Positions 33,262-43,282 of a stretch of 64,000 bases of DNA are shown here, piece by piece. The stretch is from an uncultured Pseudomonadota bacterium (GTDB lineage Bacteria; Oederibacteriota; Muellerivitia; Muellerivitales; Muellerivitaceae). Position 1 is the stretch's first letter. Each line of letters opens with the position of its first letter. A program made the translations under genes and the position numbers. The notes under the pieces are model-generated. The model did not search any database. It saw only the letters and a program-made list of their open reading frames with translations, and was not told the origin of the DNA. Where the stretch lies: NCBI GenBank assembly GCA_963843375.1, contig CAWJKT010000006.1, forward strand, positions 288,001-352,000, read 5' to 3'.

Positions 33262-33292
33262 GGTTGGAAAGAGGCAAAAAAACAAGAAAACC

Positions 33293-34558
33293 TTAATGGG
33301 CTAAGCGCAAGCGGGGTTCCCCATGAACCATGGCGAAGGAGACCTTATTGCGATACCCCAAAACCTGTTCAAAAAAATTAGAATTTTTGGCCTTTTTCCC
33401 CTGCAACAGGGGTAGGCCGATTAAATCGGCCAAATAACCCGGTTTGATCCGCCCCAATTCATGGCCCATCCCCAATGCTTCAGCGGGCTTGCTAGTGACC
33501 ATTGAAAGGATTTCTTAGGCGGCAACAGATGGGTTTTCTTTTTGAAATAGCCGCATTTCCCTAAAAAGGGAAAGCGACTGGTTGCTGGCCAAGCTGTCGG
33601 TGCCCAGGCAGACTCGAATACCTCTCTGGCGCATTTTACGATATTTAAACGGAGCATGTTTAAAGAAACCGTGACTTCCGGGGCAATGAACCACGGCAAT
33701 CCGGTTTTTAGCCAAGAGACGAAGGTCATTATCATTCACCTCATTTAAATGGACCCCCAAGTCCAGCCTTGGCAGCCAGCCTCTTTCCTTCAAATATTGC
33801 ACAGGCGTTGTATGACGGGGAAGTATCCAGCTTGGATTCAAAGCTTCGATACTTTTTGCCAGAGGTCCGGAGGCGCTCTTAAATAATCGCTTTTCCTCCT
33901 GGCTTTCGGCGATATGAATCGTGGTTAAAATATCTTTTCTTGAATCCAAATAGCGGTTTACCAGTTCGAACAATTCCTTTGAAACTGTAAAAGGAGTGTG
34001 GGGGCTTAAACCCCAATGAAAAATCGCGGTTGGCGGCGCTTGGCGAAGTTGTTCTTGAAGCTTTCCGATGAACTTTTTCCAATAGGCCTTCGGCGAATTT
34101 TGAATTAGATCGAATATTTCAAAAAAAACAAAAGTCCTCAGTCCCGAACGACGCAAAAGAGGCCAACTTTCCCAGCTTGTGGAAACATCACACAGGGTCG
34201 TGGTTCCATAGGATATGCTTTCCCGAATACCCGTTTGGATCGATTGTTTGAATTCAGCCGGAGTAGTTTGGCGCGATCGGGCTCCCATGCGTTTGAGCCA
34301 GTCAATGAATGTCCCCCGGTAAGGAACCTTTCCCCTCAAGGCCGTGAAGTCCAGGTGACAATGGGCGTTAATCAACCCAGGCAACAGAATCGTTTCTCCC
34401 AAGTCGAGTATTCGAACCGAGGGAAGAAGGTATAAATCTTTTCGCTTTCCCACTTGGAGAATTCGGGAACCCTGGATCATCACGAATCCATCCTCAATCG
34501 GTTGAGGACGTTCCATGGTCAGGATGCACTTGGAAAAAAGGACCAATCGTTGGCTCAT
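33293..34558 (-). CDS. Metal-dependent amidohydrolase, candidate aminodeoxyfutalosine deaminase (in-frame TAA at 33515-33517)
   Basis: NAHCHLD, HIAES, GTDSLASN; the C-terminal ORF (GRIKPGYLADLI) is in the same frame. Confidence 0.82.
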
Positions 34559-34667
34559 GGGCTATAGGTTAACAGCATAAAAAAAATGATTACAATCAAT
34601 TTCGCTTCAATTACTTAAGAGAAATATTGACCTCGGCCTCAAGGTTCCTTAAAGTAGCGAAAATCAT

Positions 34668-35972
34668 ATGCTCGATAATAAGTTTCAAAAAACCCTATTT
34701 CATTTGACTAGTGTCCTGACGACTTGGTTTCCCAGGGGCGGGGCATGGTTCTTCGATCACACCCTCCCGCACATCGTGGGCAACAAGACCCTCGTAAAAC
34801 AAATCTTCAAAAAAAACCTCAGGACCGTCAAAAGTGTTCCCCAGTTCAATAAAATACTGGTTATTCCCGATATTCATATTGGCGACGCGGTCATGATGCA
34901 GGGGGCGGTACAGGCTTTCCGGGATTTTTTCCCTGAAGCCCGTATCGATTACGTCATCAAGAAATCCGTAGCCTGCTTGATTGACGGAAATCCAGCCATC
35001 TCAAACCTTTATCCCCTGTTCACCGGCACGATCTTCCCTACTGAAAATGATGTGGAGAGCATTAAAAAATTGGTTGCCGAAAACCAATACGATCTTTGCT
35101 TTAATTGCTCCCCTTTTTTCGAGGATGGCCGTCTTTTTCCTAAAAACCAAAAAATCCTAAATTTCCTGACCGTTGCCCCCCAAATGACCCGAAACGACCT
35201 CGACCAAGTCAGTCTCAACCATTTCCTTTTTCAATCCTATATGTTTGTGGATAAATTGCTGAATAAAACAACCGGTGCACATCCTTCAAAGGTCTTTCCA
35301 GGCGTACCGGTCACCCTTTCGGACGAAGCCTTCCAAAAAGCGAAAGATCTTCTCAATCAAACGGGAACACCCGAGGGAAAACCGTTGGTTTTCTTAAATC
35401 CCGATACGGCATCCCCTTACACCCTGATCCCCTTCGAGCACCAAGCCACCCTGTTAAAACGAATGTTGGAATTGGACGTCACAGTTCTTTTCGGAACAGC
35501 TTTTGTTCATAAGGACGTCGAGAAAAAACTCTTGGAAAATCTTTCGGCGGGTGAAAAAAAGAAGGTTATAACCATTCCTCAAACCTTGCCTATCGAAGCT
35601 TATGCCGCGCTGGTAGACTTTGCCGATGTGTTCATTTCGGGCGATACCGGCCCCCTGCATATCGCTGCGGCCCGCAAATTCTCAAAAACCGGAAACATAA
35701 AGTTCCAGAACAAAACTTTTGTCATCTCTGTTTTCGGAGCAACCCCGGCGCGAATGTCGGGATATGATTCCACTAATCCTTTATTCCCGCCGGCAAATCA
35801 GGACGTTCAATCAAGAACCTACGTTTCCAAAAGCCCTTGCCGCAATATCACCTGCGTGAACAAGATGGCAAAAACATGTAAGACGGTGAGATGTTTTGAA
35901 GTGCTGGATGTTGAGAACATCGCTTCAGACATCAAACTTCATTTGGAAAACTTAAAATCTCCCACGGCCTAA
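34668..35972 (+). CDS. Glycosyltransferase family 9
   Basis: HIGDAVM, ISGDTGPLHIAAA, VFGAT. Confidence 0.88.
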   Translation: MLDNKFQKTLFHLTSVLTTWFPRGGAWFFDHTLPHIVGNKTLVKQIFKKNLRTVKSVPQFNKILVIPDIHIGDAVMMQGAVQAFRDFFPEARIDYVIKKSVACLIDGNPAISNLYPLFTGTIFPTENDVESIKKLVAENQYDLCFNCSPFFEDGRLFPKNQKILNFLTVAPQMTRNDLDQVSLNHFLFQSYMFVDKLLNKTTGAHPSKVFPGVPVTLSDEAFQKAKDLLNQTGTPEGKPLVFLNPDTASPYTLIPFEHQATLLKRMLELDVTVLFGTAFVHKDVEKKLLENLSAGEKKKVITIPQTLPIEAYAALVDFADVFISGDTGPLHIAAARKFSKTGNIKFQNKTFVISVFGATPARMSGYDSTNPLFPPANQDVQSRTYVSKSPCRNITCVNKMAKTCKTVRCFEVLDVENIASDIKLHLENLKSPTA

Positions 35973-35980
35973 ATCTTTCT

Positions 35981-36421
35981 TCATTTAATCTTTTTCGACT
36001 CCGCTAATAACCACATTTCCTTATCAATGTTATCCATTGCGTCATTCCGCTTCTTATTCCATACGGATATTTGATCCGCAGCCTCAAGCCGGACATGGTC
36101 CGCCAAACTTTTGTCCCGCCTTGTATCCTCAATATTCCACAGGTGAATGTTGGCATCGATAAGGTTCTGTATTACTTTCGCCAGGCCTTCGGACTTTTCA
36201 ATCTTATTGTCCTGGTGGGCGTAATTCTTGAGCTTGGGCTGTTTTATTGCCCATTCATCACAAATTTCGCCCTTATATATCTTGGAAATAGTTTCATTAA
36301 TCTCGTTTTTTAACCTCTCGGCCGCTTCATTTAATATTCGCAGAGATTCCGGATCTGTTGTGTGATCCCTTCTAATTTCCAAAATCGATAACTTATCAAC
36401 AAGACTTCCGATTGTGTCCAT
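35981..36421 (-). CDS. Helical hypothetical protein (DUF6165/DUF4254-like)
   Basis: IGSLVDKLSILEIR and NIHLWNIEDTRR..KRND motifs; AT-rich. Confidence 0.6.
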   Translation of the reverse strand: MDTIGSLVDKLSILEIRRDHTTDPESLRILNEAAERLKNEINETISKIYKGEICDEWAIKQPKLKNYAHQDNKIEKSEGLAKVIQNLIDANIHLWNIEDTRRDKSLADHVRLEAADQISVWNKKRNDAMDNIDKEMWLLAESKKIK

Positions 36422-36680
36422 CCCACCACCCCGTTATTGAATTTTAATGTCGGATACGGTTAGTGTTTCCGTCATTGCCTTTTCCTATCCGCTAATTTGG
36501 ACGTCCTGTGATGGATTTACGTTTCGCGGGCCCACCTGCCGAAACATTATTTACTCAAACAAAAGGTCAAAGTCTATAGGAAACCGTATGTTTTGAAAGA
36601 CTGGCAAGCGGGATTACTAGTGAAGACACAAAAGAGAAATCGGAAACATTAAAATGATTTGGTTCGAAGGATATCTCAAG

Positions 36681-37580
36681 TTACTTCGTGACATATCGCT
36701 CCATCTTTTCAAACTTATCAAAAGGTTTTTTATCCCTTGATAAACGGCCCCTTCCCTTCAAAACATTCAATTCCTCGTTTGTCGGCTTCACCAAATAAGT
36801 GGACGGGGTCAAGTAATCAAAATAAATGCCCCGCTTCCCCAACTTTTTAATATTGGCTTCCATCATCTTCAGGGAAATGGGCGCGGAAGAGGCCATTCGA
36901 TAAGTCCATCCCATTCCAAAACATGGCATCTCCACCCGTGCCGTAAGGATATTGGGGAAAACCGAATGGAAGGTCTTGTAGATAGTGGCAAAGGACTCAG
37001 GAAAGAGATAGTAATTGTCCGTGTGAATTGCGATTAGCCCTTTATGATTCAGTCGCTTTTTACAAAGCCTATAAAACTCCTGTGTATAAAGCATCTTGGA
37101 AGGCCCATGGGGCTCAGTAAGGTCGATGATGAGGATGTCAAAAGTTTCCGGATTCTCCTCTAACCATTTACGCGCGTCCTTGTAGATGATCTCGACCCGT
37201 TTGTCCTTCAGGCATTTTTCAATAACGGGGTAATGCTTGCGGCAAAACTCCACCACGCCCTTGTCGATTTCCAGCATCAGAATGCGCTTTAAGCTTTTGA
37301 ACTTGATGGCTTCCTCGATGGCAAAGCAGTCCCCGCCGCCGACAATACAGATATTTTCCGGACTCTTGTGGGCCAAAAGGGGAGCCGAAACAAGGTACTG
37401 GTGATAGCGGTTTTCGTCGCCGTGGCTGATCTGTATCTTCCCATCTAGGAAAAGCATGGTACCAAAAGTATCGTCCTTGAATATTTCCATGGTTTGAAAA
37501 GGCGTCTTCCCCTTGTAAAGGGAACGACCCTTATAAACATGTCCAAAGGTGTTGGTGGTCCACTCGGTCTTCACGGGCAT
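36681..37580 (-). CDS. speE: Polyamine aminopropyltransferase
   Basis: KTPFQ, LFLDG, GGGD, EID, DLTEP. Confidence 0.88.
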   Translation of the reverse strand: MPVKTEWTTNTFGHVYKGRSLYKGKTPFQTMEIFKDDTFGTMLFLDGKIQISHGDENRYHQYLVSAPLLAHKSPENICIVGGGDCFAIEEAIKFKSLKRILMLEIDKGVVEFCRKHYPVIEKCLKDKRVEIIYKDARKWLEENPETFDILIIDLTEPHGPSKMLYTQEFYRLCKKRLNHKGLIAIHTDNYYLFPESFATIYKTFHSVFPNILTARVEMPCFGMGWTYRMASSAPISLKMMEANIKKLGKRGIYFDYLTPSTYLVKPTNEELNVLKGRGRLSRDKKPFDKFEKMERYVTK

Positions 37581-37632
37581 GGTTAAATCTCCTGAGGAGT
37601 TAAAGAATAGGGGGGATTATAGCGGAAATAGA

Positions 37633-37664
37633 AAAACCTTCCCCAAAATTAAGGAAAGGTTTTT
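37633..37664. terminator. Possible terminator between TPR gene and speE
   Basis: AAAAACCTT..AAGGTTTTT inverted repeat. Confidence 0.5.
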
Positions 37665-37688
37665 AAAGGGGGTGTTAGGCCCTGATTA

Positions 37689-38108
37689 TTATTGGTTATA
37701 CGTGTAATAGGTCTGTATATAAACGGGAGTTCCAATGGGCTGGGGTTCGGACTCCACGGGTCGCATGGGGATATCCAAAGACCCTGATTTTAAATCAGTG
37801 TAAACTTTTACCAGTTTGGGATTATGGGGATTGATCTTAAGGCTCTCTTCAAAAGCTTTCATTGCGGATTCTTTTTCTCTTAACTCAAAATAACAATAGC
37901 CCACCATTTGATAAGACTGCCAGAAAGTCCAGTTTTCATCGATGGCCAGTTGAAACCGCACCAGTGCCGCCTCATAACGGCCCTGCCCGTATAAGTCGAG
38001 GCCTTTTTTGTAGTCGCTCTCCGGGGTCACTTGGGGATCTCCCCACAAAAAAATAGGCATCAGGAACACAGAGCCTATCAGAAAGAATAAAGTCTTAGAT
38101 TTTCTCAT
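37689..38108 (-). CDS. Secreted TPR protein
   Basis: Signal peptide plus about 2 TPR repeats. Confidence 0.75.
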   Translation of the reverse strand: MRKSKTLFFLIGSVFLMPIFLWGDPQVTPESDYKKGLDLYGQGRYEAALVRFQLAIDENWTFWQSYQMVGYCYFELREKESAMKAFEESLKINPHNPKLVKVYTDLKSGSLDIPMRPVESEPQPIGTPVYIQTYYTYNQ

Positions 38109-38372
38109 GAATAAGACAAAGCCTTTTTTAGAAATTTCTAAACTTTTTATTAAAATCGTTTTTACGAAAGATTGGATCTTTCTTCACATTCAAATCATAC
38201 TCTTCCATCAACACTTTTGAAACTAGCTATTTTCCTGGGAAAATGCCCTATTCCTTATCATGCTTAACCTCTAGACGGCTTTCTTTCAATTTAATCCAAA
38301 TAAATTTACACGGTAAAATCCCTTCTAAAAACACAATCGAAGTCCAAAGTGGTTAATTAGACGAGGGATTAT

Positions 38373-38768
38373 TCAGGAAGTTTTTGAAGGTTTTCCAAAG
38401 GTAGCTTGAATCGTGGAATGCATTCCGCCGCGGGTAGAAAATTGCCCCGAAACCCGGCACCATTTAGGTTTGGAGGCGGCCACAAAATCTCGCAACATAC
38501 GATTGACGGCGTTCTCATAAAAAATTCCGACATTGCGATAAGCCAGAATATAGCCCTTCAAGGATTTGAGTTCCAAAACCTGTTTCACGGGCTCGTATTC
38601 AAGGATGATAGTTCCAAAATCCGGCAAGCCTGTTTTGGGACAAACCGCGGTGTACTCGGGTATTTCAATTCGTATGGTATAGCCCGAAAAGTGATTGGGA
38701 AAAGTTTCTATGCCTGGCAGTTTGGCGTTCAATCCGGCCTTGGCGTGGCCCTCGTTGTATTCTTTCAT
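38373..38768 (-). CDS. queF: PreQ1 synthase (type I)
   Basis: CPKTGLPDFG, ELKSLK, RGG. Confidence 0.95.
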   Translation of the reverse strand: MKEYNEGHAKAGLNAKLPGIETFPNHFSGYTIRIEIPEYTAVCPKTGLPDFGTIILEYEPVKQVLELKSLKGYILAYRNVGIFYENAVNRMLRDFVAASKPKWCRVSGQFSTRGGMHSTIQATFGKPSKTS

Positions 38769-39211
38769 TTCCTGGTTTTCCCTTTTTTATTTCTCACCGA
38801 CTTAGGTTTGGATTTTTTGGCCTTGACCGGACGGCCCGATTCGGGGTGTCCCAGGTGGTCGGTAAAACCCACAATATTTCCCCAAGGATCCGCCACTTCC
38901 ACCAGTAACCCCGTTGGAAGTTTTAAGGGTTCACGGACCAAAATTATCCCCCGTTCATTCAGGAGTGCCAACGACCTTTGGGTATCGGGAACTTCCACCC
39001 AAAAACGGGCTCTCTCTGGAACAAGCGGTTGGGCGGGGATGTCTTCTTTTTTTAATACTAATCCTGGAAGTTCGAAACCTACCGCCATGACACAAATGTC
39101 CAAAGCATCCAATCGGAATTTGACCAAAAAACCCAACTTTTCATAGAAGGTCACAGCTTGATTCAAGTCTCCAACCGTGAAAATAACATTGTCGAAGCCC
39201 AGGATATCCAT
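38765..39211 (-). CDS. VOC/glyoxalase family protein
   Basis: VGDLNQAVTFY..LGF, DPWGN; basic tail. Confidence 0.85.
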   Translation of the reverse strand: MDILGFDNVIFTVGDLNQAVTFYEKLGFLVKFRLDALDICVMAVGFELPGLVLKKEDIPAQPLVPERARFWVEVPDTQRSLALLNERGIILVREPLKLPTGLLVEVADPWGNIVGFTDHLGHPESGRPVKAKKSKPKSVRNKKGKTRK

Positions 39212-39241
39212 GAAACCCTTTAAATCTTTTTGGACTGATCC

Positions 39242-40318
39242 CTAATTGATTAATTTATAAAATGTGTCCCGTTGGTGTGGTTCATAACCCATTTCTCGGA
39301 TCAACCGTTGCATTTCTTCCAGACTCATAAGATATCGGAGTCCTGTGGCAGCGACCACGTTCTCCTCCAACATAATGCTTCCCAAATCGTTAGCGCCGTA
39401 CTTGAGCCCCAATTGGCCGATCTTTTTGCCCGGGGTTACCCAGGAAGCTTGTAGGTTAGGCAACTTGTGGTTCAGGATGATACGGGATATAGCAAGAGTT
39501 TTTAGATATTCCTGTCCACTGGCGCTTTTTAATCCCAAACTCTCATTACCCGGTTGGTACAACCAGGGAATGAAACCGAGAAATCCGCCGGTCTCCTCCT
39601 GGAGTTCTCGGATGAGGAAAACATGCTCGATGCGTTCCTCAATGGTTTCCACGTGACCGAACATCATGGTGGCGGTGGAACGCATCCCAAGGGAATGCAC
39701 GTCTCTCATGACGCCCAACCATTCCGAAGTTGTGGCCTTCAGCGGAGCGATTTCTTTTCGCACCCGGTCCGAGAGAATTTCGGCTCCCCCGCCCGGCATG
39801 GAATCCATTCCCGCCTCCTTGAATTTTTTGAGGATCTCGATCACCGGCATGCCAAATAGTCCCGAAAAATGGACCAATTCAGGCGGTGAAAAGGAATGGA
39901 GAGTGATATCCGGATGGGCCTGTTTAATTCTGAAAAGAGTATTCAAGTACCAATCCAAGGTCAAATCGGGATGATGACCTCCTTGCAAAAGAATCTGCGT
40001 GCATCCCTTTTGCTTGGCTTCCGCGATCTTATGGATGATCTTTTCCGCCTCGTTGACATAGCCTTCCTTTGTATCGCCAGGTTCGCGGTAAAAAGCGCAG
40101 AATTTGCAATAGGTCACGCAGACATTGGTGTAATTGATATTACGGTCAATCAGGTAGGTGGCGGTCTTATCGCCCTTGGAGCGGACTTTCAGGGTATCGG
40201 CTATCGCCCCCAATTCATTCAAGCTGGATCTTTGGAAAAGTTCCAGGGCCTCTTTGCGGTTCACGACATATCCGTCGAGTACCTTTTCTTGGAGAGTTTC
40301 AATCGTCGAGGTTGTCAT
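39242..40318 (-). CDS. mqnC: Cyclic dehypoxanthine futalosine synthase
   Basis: DRNINYTNVC, CxxxCxxC, LLQGG, QASWVT, GANDLGSIMLEENVV. Confidence 0.93.
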   Translation of the reverse strand: MTTSTIETLQEKVLDGYVVNRKEALELFQRSSLNELGAIADTLKVRSKGDKTATYLIDRNINYTNVCVTYCKFCAFYREPGDTKEGYVNEAEKIIHKIAEAKQKGCTQILLQGGHHPDLTLDWYLNTLFRIKQAHPDITLHSFSPPELVHFSGLFGMPVIEILKKFKEAGMDSMPGGGAEILSDRVRKEIAPLKATTSEWLGVMRDVHSLGMRSTATMMFGHVETIEERIEHVFLIRELQEETGGFLGFIPWLYQPGNESLGLKSASGQEYLKTLAISRIILNHKLPNLQASWVTPGKKIGQLGLKYGANDLGSIMLEENVVAATGLRYLMSLEEMQRLIREMGYEPHQRDTFYKLIN

Positions 40319-41262
40319 TAAAGAATTAATCCCTCTTCTTTTAGTAACTTCTCGAACTCGATCTGTCCCTGTACTTCGACTGCCGTGTATTTGTAGTCGA
40401 TATTCTTTTCCAAGTATTCCTTAGCCTGGGGTTTGTGGAAAACCCAGATCCCGTGGTATTGGTCGACGATTTCCTGGAGGTGCTTCAATCCTTCGGTCTT
40501 GCTGGCCAGGAGATCCATCTCGATCTCACGGGCCACAGCCACGTTACGGGCCATCCATACCGCGAAAACAAAAGGTTTCTGTGTGCGCAATTGCCATTCC
40601 TCGCCTAAATCCATTATCGTCATGCCAGTCGGAGCGGATTCCAGGGCAATATCCCCGAATTGGAGGGTCGCCTCCCATGGTTTGATTTGGTTGGGCTTAA
40701 AGGTTTGCATATCCACACTCTTCACTTCTAAATTCTTCACCCCATACCACTTTTTAAGGATAAGGCGCGCTAACAAAACAGAAGTCTGGGAGCGGGAATC
40801 CGCGAAGAGCTTGGTCACCGTATGCCAGGGAGCGTTACCTAGGAGCCTCACGCTCTTCACCGGTCCTTTGCAACCGATGGCAGCCACGGGCACCACTTGT
40901 AGTTCGGGATTCAGAAATTTCACTACAATGGGGGCCAAGGCCACGTCCAAACGGCCCTCTTTAAGCAACCCGCCCATTTCATTGGGAGCCACTGGGAATA
41001 GTTGATGATGATTTTTCATGTCCCAAACGAGGGGTTGGGCATTGAGAAATGGAACAATCCCTATCTTCATGGGTTTGGCAATAAATTTGACGGGTTGAGC
41101 AGGAGCGGGGGCTGGAGGCGCGGCGGTAGCGGTGGCCGCCACCGACCCCGCTGCCGGAGCGGTAGTAGTCGGGGTTGATGGGGTCGTGATCGCGGCGGGG
41201 GCAGGAGCCGGTTTGGGGGCTGGGGCCGGCGCGGCAGGACTCGTGGCTGGCGATTCGCTCAT
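40318..41262 (-). CDS. mqnA: Chorismate dehydratase with Pro/Ala/Thr-rich N-terminal extension
   Basis: FLNAQPL, GPVKSV, SQTSV, GDIAL, DLGEEW, PFVFAVW; lies between mqnE and mqnC. Confidence 0.88.
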   Translation of the reverse strand: MSESPATSPAAPAPAPKPAPAPAAITTPSTPTTTAPAAGSVAATATAAPPAPAPAQPVKFIAKPMKIGIVPFLNAQPLVWDMKNHHQLFPVAPNEMGGLLKEGRLDVALAPIVVKFLNPELQVVPVAAIGCKGPVKSVRLLGNAPWHTVTKLFADSRSQTSVLLARLILKKWYGVKNLEVKSVDMQTFKPNQIKPWEATLQFGDIALESAPTGMTIMDLGEEWQLRTQKPFVFAVWMARNVAVAREIEMDLLASKTEGLKHLQEIVDQYHGIWVFHKPQAKEYLEKNIDYKYTAVEVQGQIEFEKLLKEEGLIL

Positions 41263-41293
41263 GATGGATTCCTCTTTAACAAGTTTTTTGAAT

Positions 41294-42418
41294 TTACTTC
41301 GAAAGTGCCGGTTCCGGGATCGACTTTAATTCCTTATATAGTGTGTCCCGTTCCACAGGCGTCCGTCCCGCTTCCCGAATCAGCCGCCTTAATTCCTCAA
41401 CCGTCATGATTTCCGGCGTTTCTGCACCGGCCATATGATAAATCTTTTCCTCAATGACCGTACCATCAATATCATCTACCCCATAGGCAAGGGAAAGCTG
41501 GGCCAGCCGAACACCTAGCATGATCCAATAGGCTTTGATATGAGGGAAATTATCCAAGTAAATACGGCCAATCGCCAAAGTTTTCAGGTCTTCCATGCCG
41601 CTGGGCCTGGCGAAATGGTCCATGGCCGTATTGTCGGGGTGAAAAGCCAGAGGAATAAAGGTTTGGAACCCTCCGGTTTCGTCCTGCAATGCCCTCAAAC
41701 GGCGCATATGATCAACCCGGTGCTCGTATTTCTCAATGTGACCGTAAAGCATGGTCGCGTTGGTTTTTAGACCTAATTTGTGGGCGGTACGATGGACTTC
41801 AAGCCATTGGTCGGCGGTGGCCTTGCCAGGGCAAATCTTCTCCCTCACATCGGGATGGAATATTTCAGCTCCTCCTCCCGGCATGGAATCCAGCCCCCCG
41901 GCTTTCAAACGGGTCAAGACTTCTTCATAAGTCATGTTGTATTTGTCGGCAAAAAAATTGATTTCCACCCCCGTAAAACATTTGAGGTGGACCGAAGGGA
42001 CGGTTTGTTTGAGAAGCCGAAGCATCTGTTCATACCATTCAAACTCATACGTCGGGTGGAGCCCCCCGACAATATGAAGCTCGGTGATATGGGCCTGCTC
42101 AAAAGCTTCCTTGGCTTTTTGGGCTATTTGCTGGTGGGTGAACTCATAGGCACCTTGTTCCCCCTCGAAACGGGAGAAAGCGCAAAACTTGCAGGTGGTG
42201 GCGCAGACGTTGGTGTAATCGATATGGCGGTTGATATTGTAATAGGTGGCATTGCCGTTCTTCTTTTCCCGGACCAAGTTGGCCATCGCCCCAAGAACGT
42301 AAAGGTCATTCGTGTCGTAGAGACGAAGAGCATCTTCCTCCGTGATACGGACGTTCTTTTCGACTTTCTCATAGATATCCCGGATGGGCGACCTGGCTAA
42401 AAGCGGTTTTAAAGCCAA
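41294..42418 (-). CDS. mqnE: Aminofutalosine synthase
   Basis: CATTCKFC, ELHIVGG, HIKAYW, DGTVIEEKIYHMAGA; likely TTG start at 42418 with AGGAG RBS. Confidence 0.93.
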   Translation of the reverse strand: MALKPLLARSPIRDIYEKVEKNVRITEEDALRLYDTNDLYVLGAMANLVREKKNGNATYYNINRHIDYTNVCATTCKFCAFSRFEGEQGAYEFTHQQIAQKAKEAFEQAHITELHIVGGLHPTYEFEWYEQMLRLLKQTVPSVHLKCFTGVEINFFADKYNMTYEEVLTRLKAGGLDSMPGGGAEIFHPDVREKICPGKATADQWLEVHRTAHKLGLKTNATMLYGHIEKYEHRVDHMRRLRALQDETGGFQTFIPLAFHPDNTAMDHFARPSGMEDLKTLAIGRIYLDNFPHIKAYWIMLGVRLAQLSLAYGVDDIDGTVIEEKIYHMAGAETPEIMTVEELRRLIREAGRTPVERDTLYKELKSIPEPALSK

Positions 42419-43278
42419 AGTGTGACTCCTACGACGGCGAAATAAAGGATTGAGATCCAACCGTTCATTTTCATCATGGCCGGGGAAAGGGTGAAATGGG
42501 TCTGGTCCCCGCGGATTTCCAATTGATAAGCTTTTTGGTGTTGATAAAGCAAAACCGCTCCAATTACACCGATACCTGCGTAATAAAGAAGGGGGAAACC
42601 CACCTGGACCCCGAAACCAGCGAGAAATCCTAGCATACAGACATGAAAGAATCGAGAGGCCTTGAGGCTATTGGGCAAACCCCAGCGCACGACCCAGGAC
42701 TGTAACCCTTCCCTTTTGTCAAAAACCTCATCCTGCGTGGCGTACAAAATATCAAAACCCGCCAGAAAGCATATGACGGCCATCATCAACCAAAAAGGTT
42801 CCGGAGCGAAGGCGCCCGTAACCGCGATCCAAGCCCCGACAGGGGCTACTCCCAAGGCCAGACCCAGAAAAAGGTGGGAAGTCCAAGTGAATCGTTTGGT
42901 GTGGGAATAAAACAAAATGATGGCCAAAGCAATAGGCGAGAGTTTGAAAGCCAAAGAATTCAAAGGATAACAAGCCATCACAAAACCAAATGCGCAGACA
43001 ATTGTCAAAATTCCAACCTGCCAAGCTTTAATGCGTCCCGCGGGGATATCCCGTTTTTGGGTTCGGGGATTTTTGGCGTCTATATCCGCGTCCACTAAAC
43101 GGTTATAAGCCATGGCCGTCGTTCGGGCCAAAATCATGCAAATAATCACCCAAAGCAGGACGTGCGGGGAAGGCTTGCCATGAGTGGCCGTCATCAAGCT
43201 CGCCAAGGCAAAAGGCAAGGCAAACACCGAGTGAGGCAAAACAACAAGGTTGGAAATGACTTTTAGTTTGCTCAACAT
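42409..43278 (-). CDS. UbiA-like polyprenyltransferase (MqnP-type)
   Basis: HSVFALPFA, NRLVDADIDAKNPRT, GFDILYATQD; start at MLSKLK. Confidence 0.9.
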   Translation of the reverse strand: MLSKLKVISNLVVLPHSVFALPFALASLMTATHGKPSPHVLLWVIICMILARTTAMAYNRLVDADIDAKNPRTQKRDIPAGRIKAWQVGILTIVCAFGFVMACYPLNSLAFKLSPIALAIILFYSHTKRFTWTSHLFLGLALGVAPVGAWIAVTGAFAPEPFWLMMAVICFLAGFDILYATQDEVFDKREGLQSWVVRWGLPNSLKASRFFHVCMLGFLAGFGVQVGFPLLYYAGIGVIGAVLLYQHQKAYQLEIRGDQTHFTLSPAMMKMNGWISILYFAVVGVTLWL

Positions 43279-43282
43279 AAAC

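Noticed and set aside
33515..33517. Stop-codon reassignment (TAA read-through)
   Set aside because: Single instance; TAA terminates many intact genes in the window.
38109..38372. AT-rich intergenic region as ncRNA or replication origin
   Set aside because: No convincing structure or DnaA-box cluster seen; probably a promoter region.
38373..38768. queF as part of a 7-deazaguanine DNA-modification (dpd) island, or under a preQ1 riboswitch
   Set aside because: No dpd genes nearby, and queF overlaps the upstream gene, leaving no leader.
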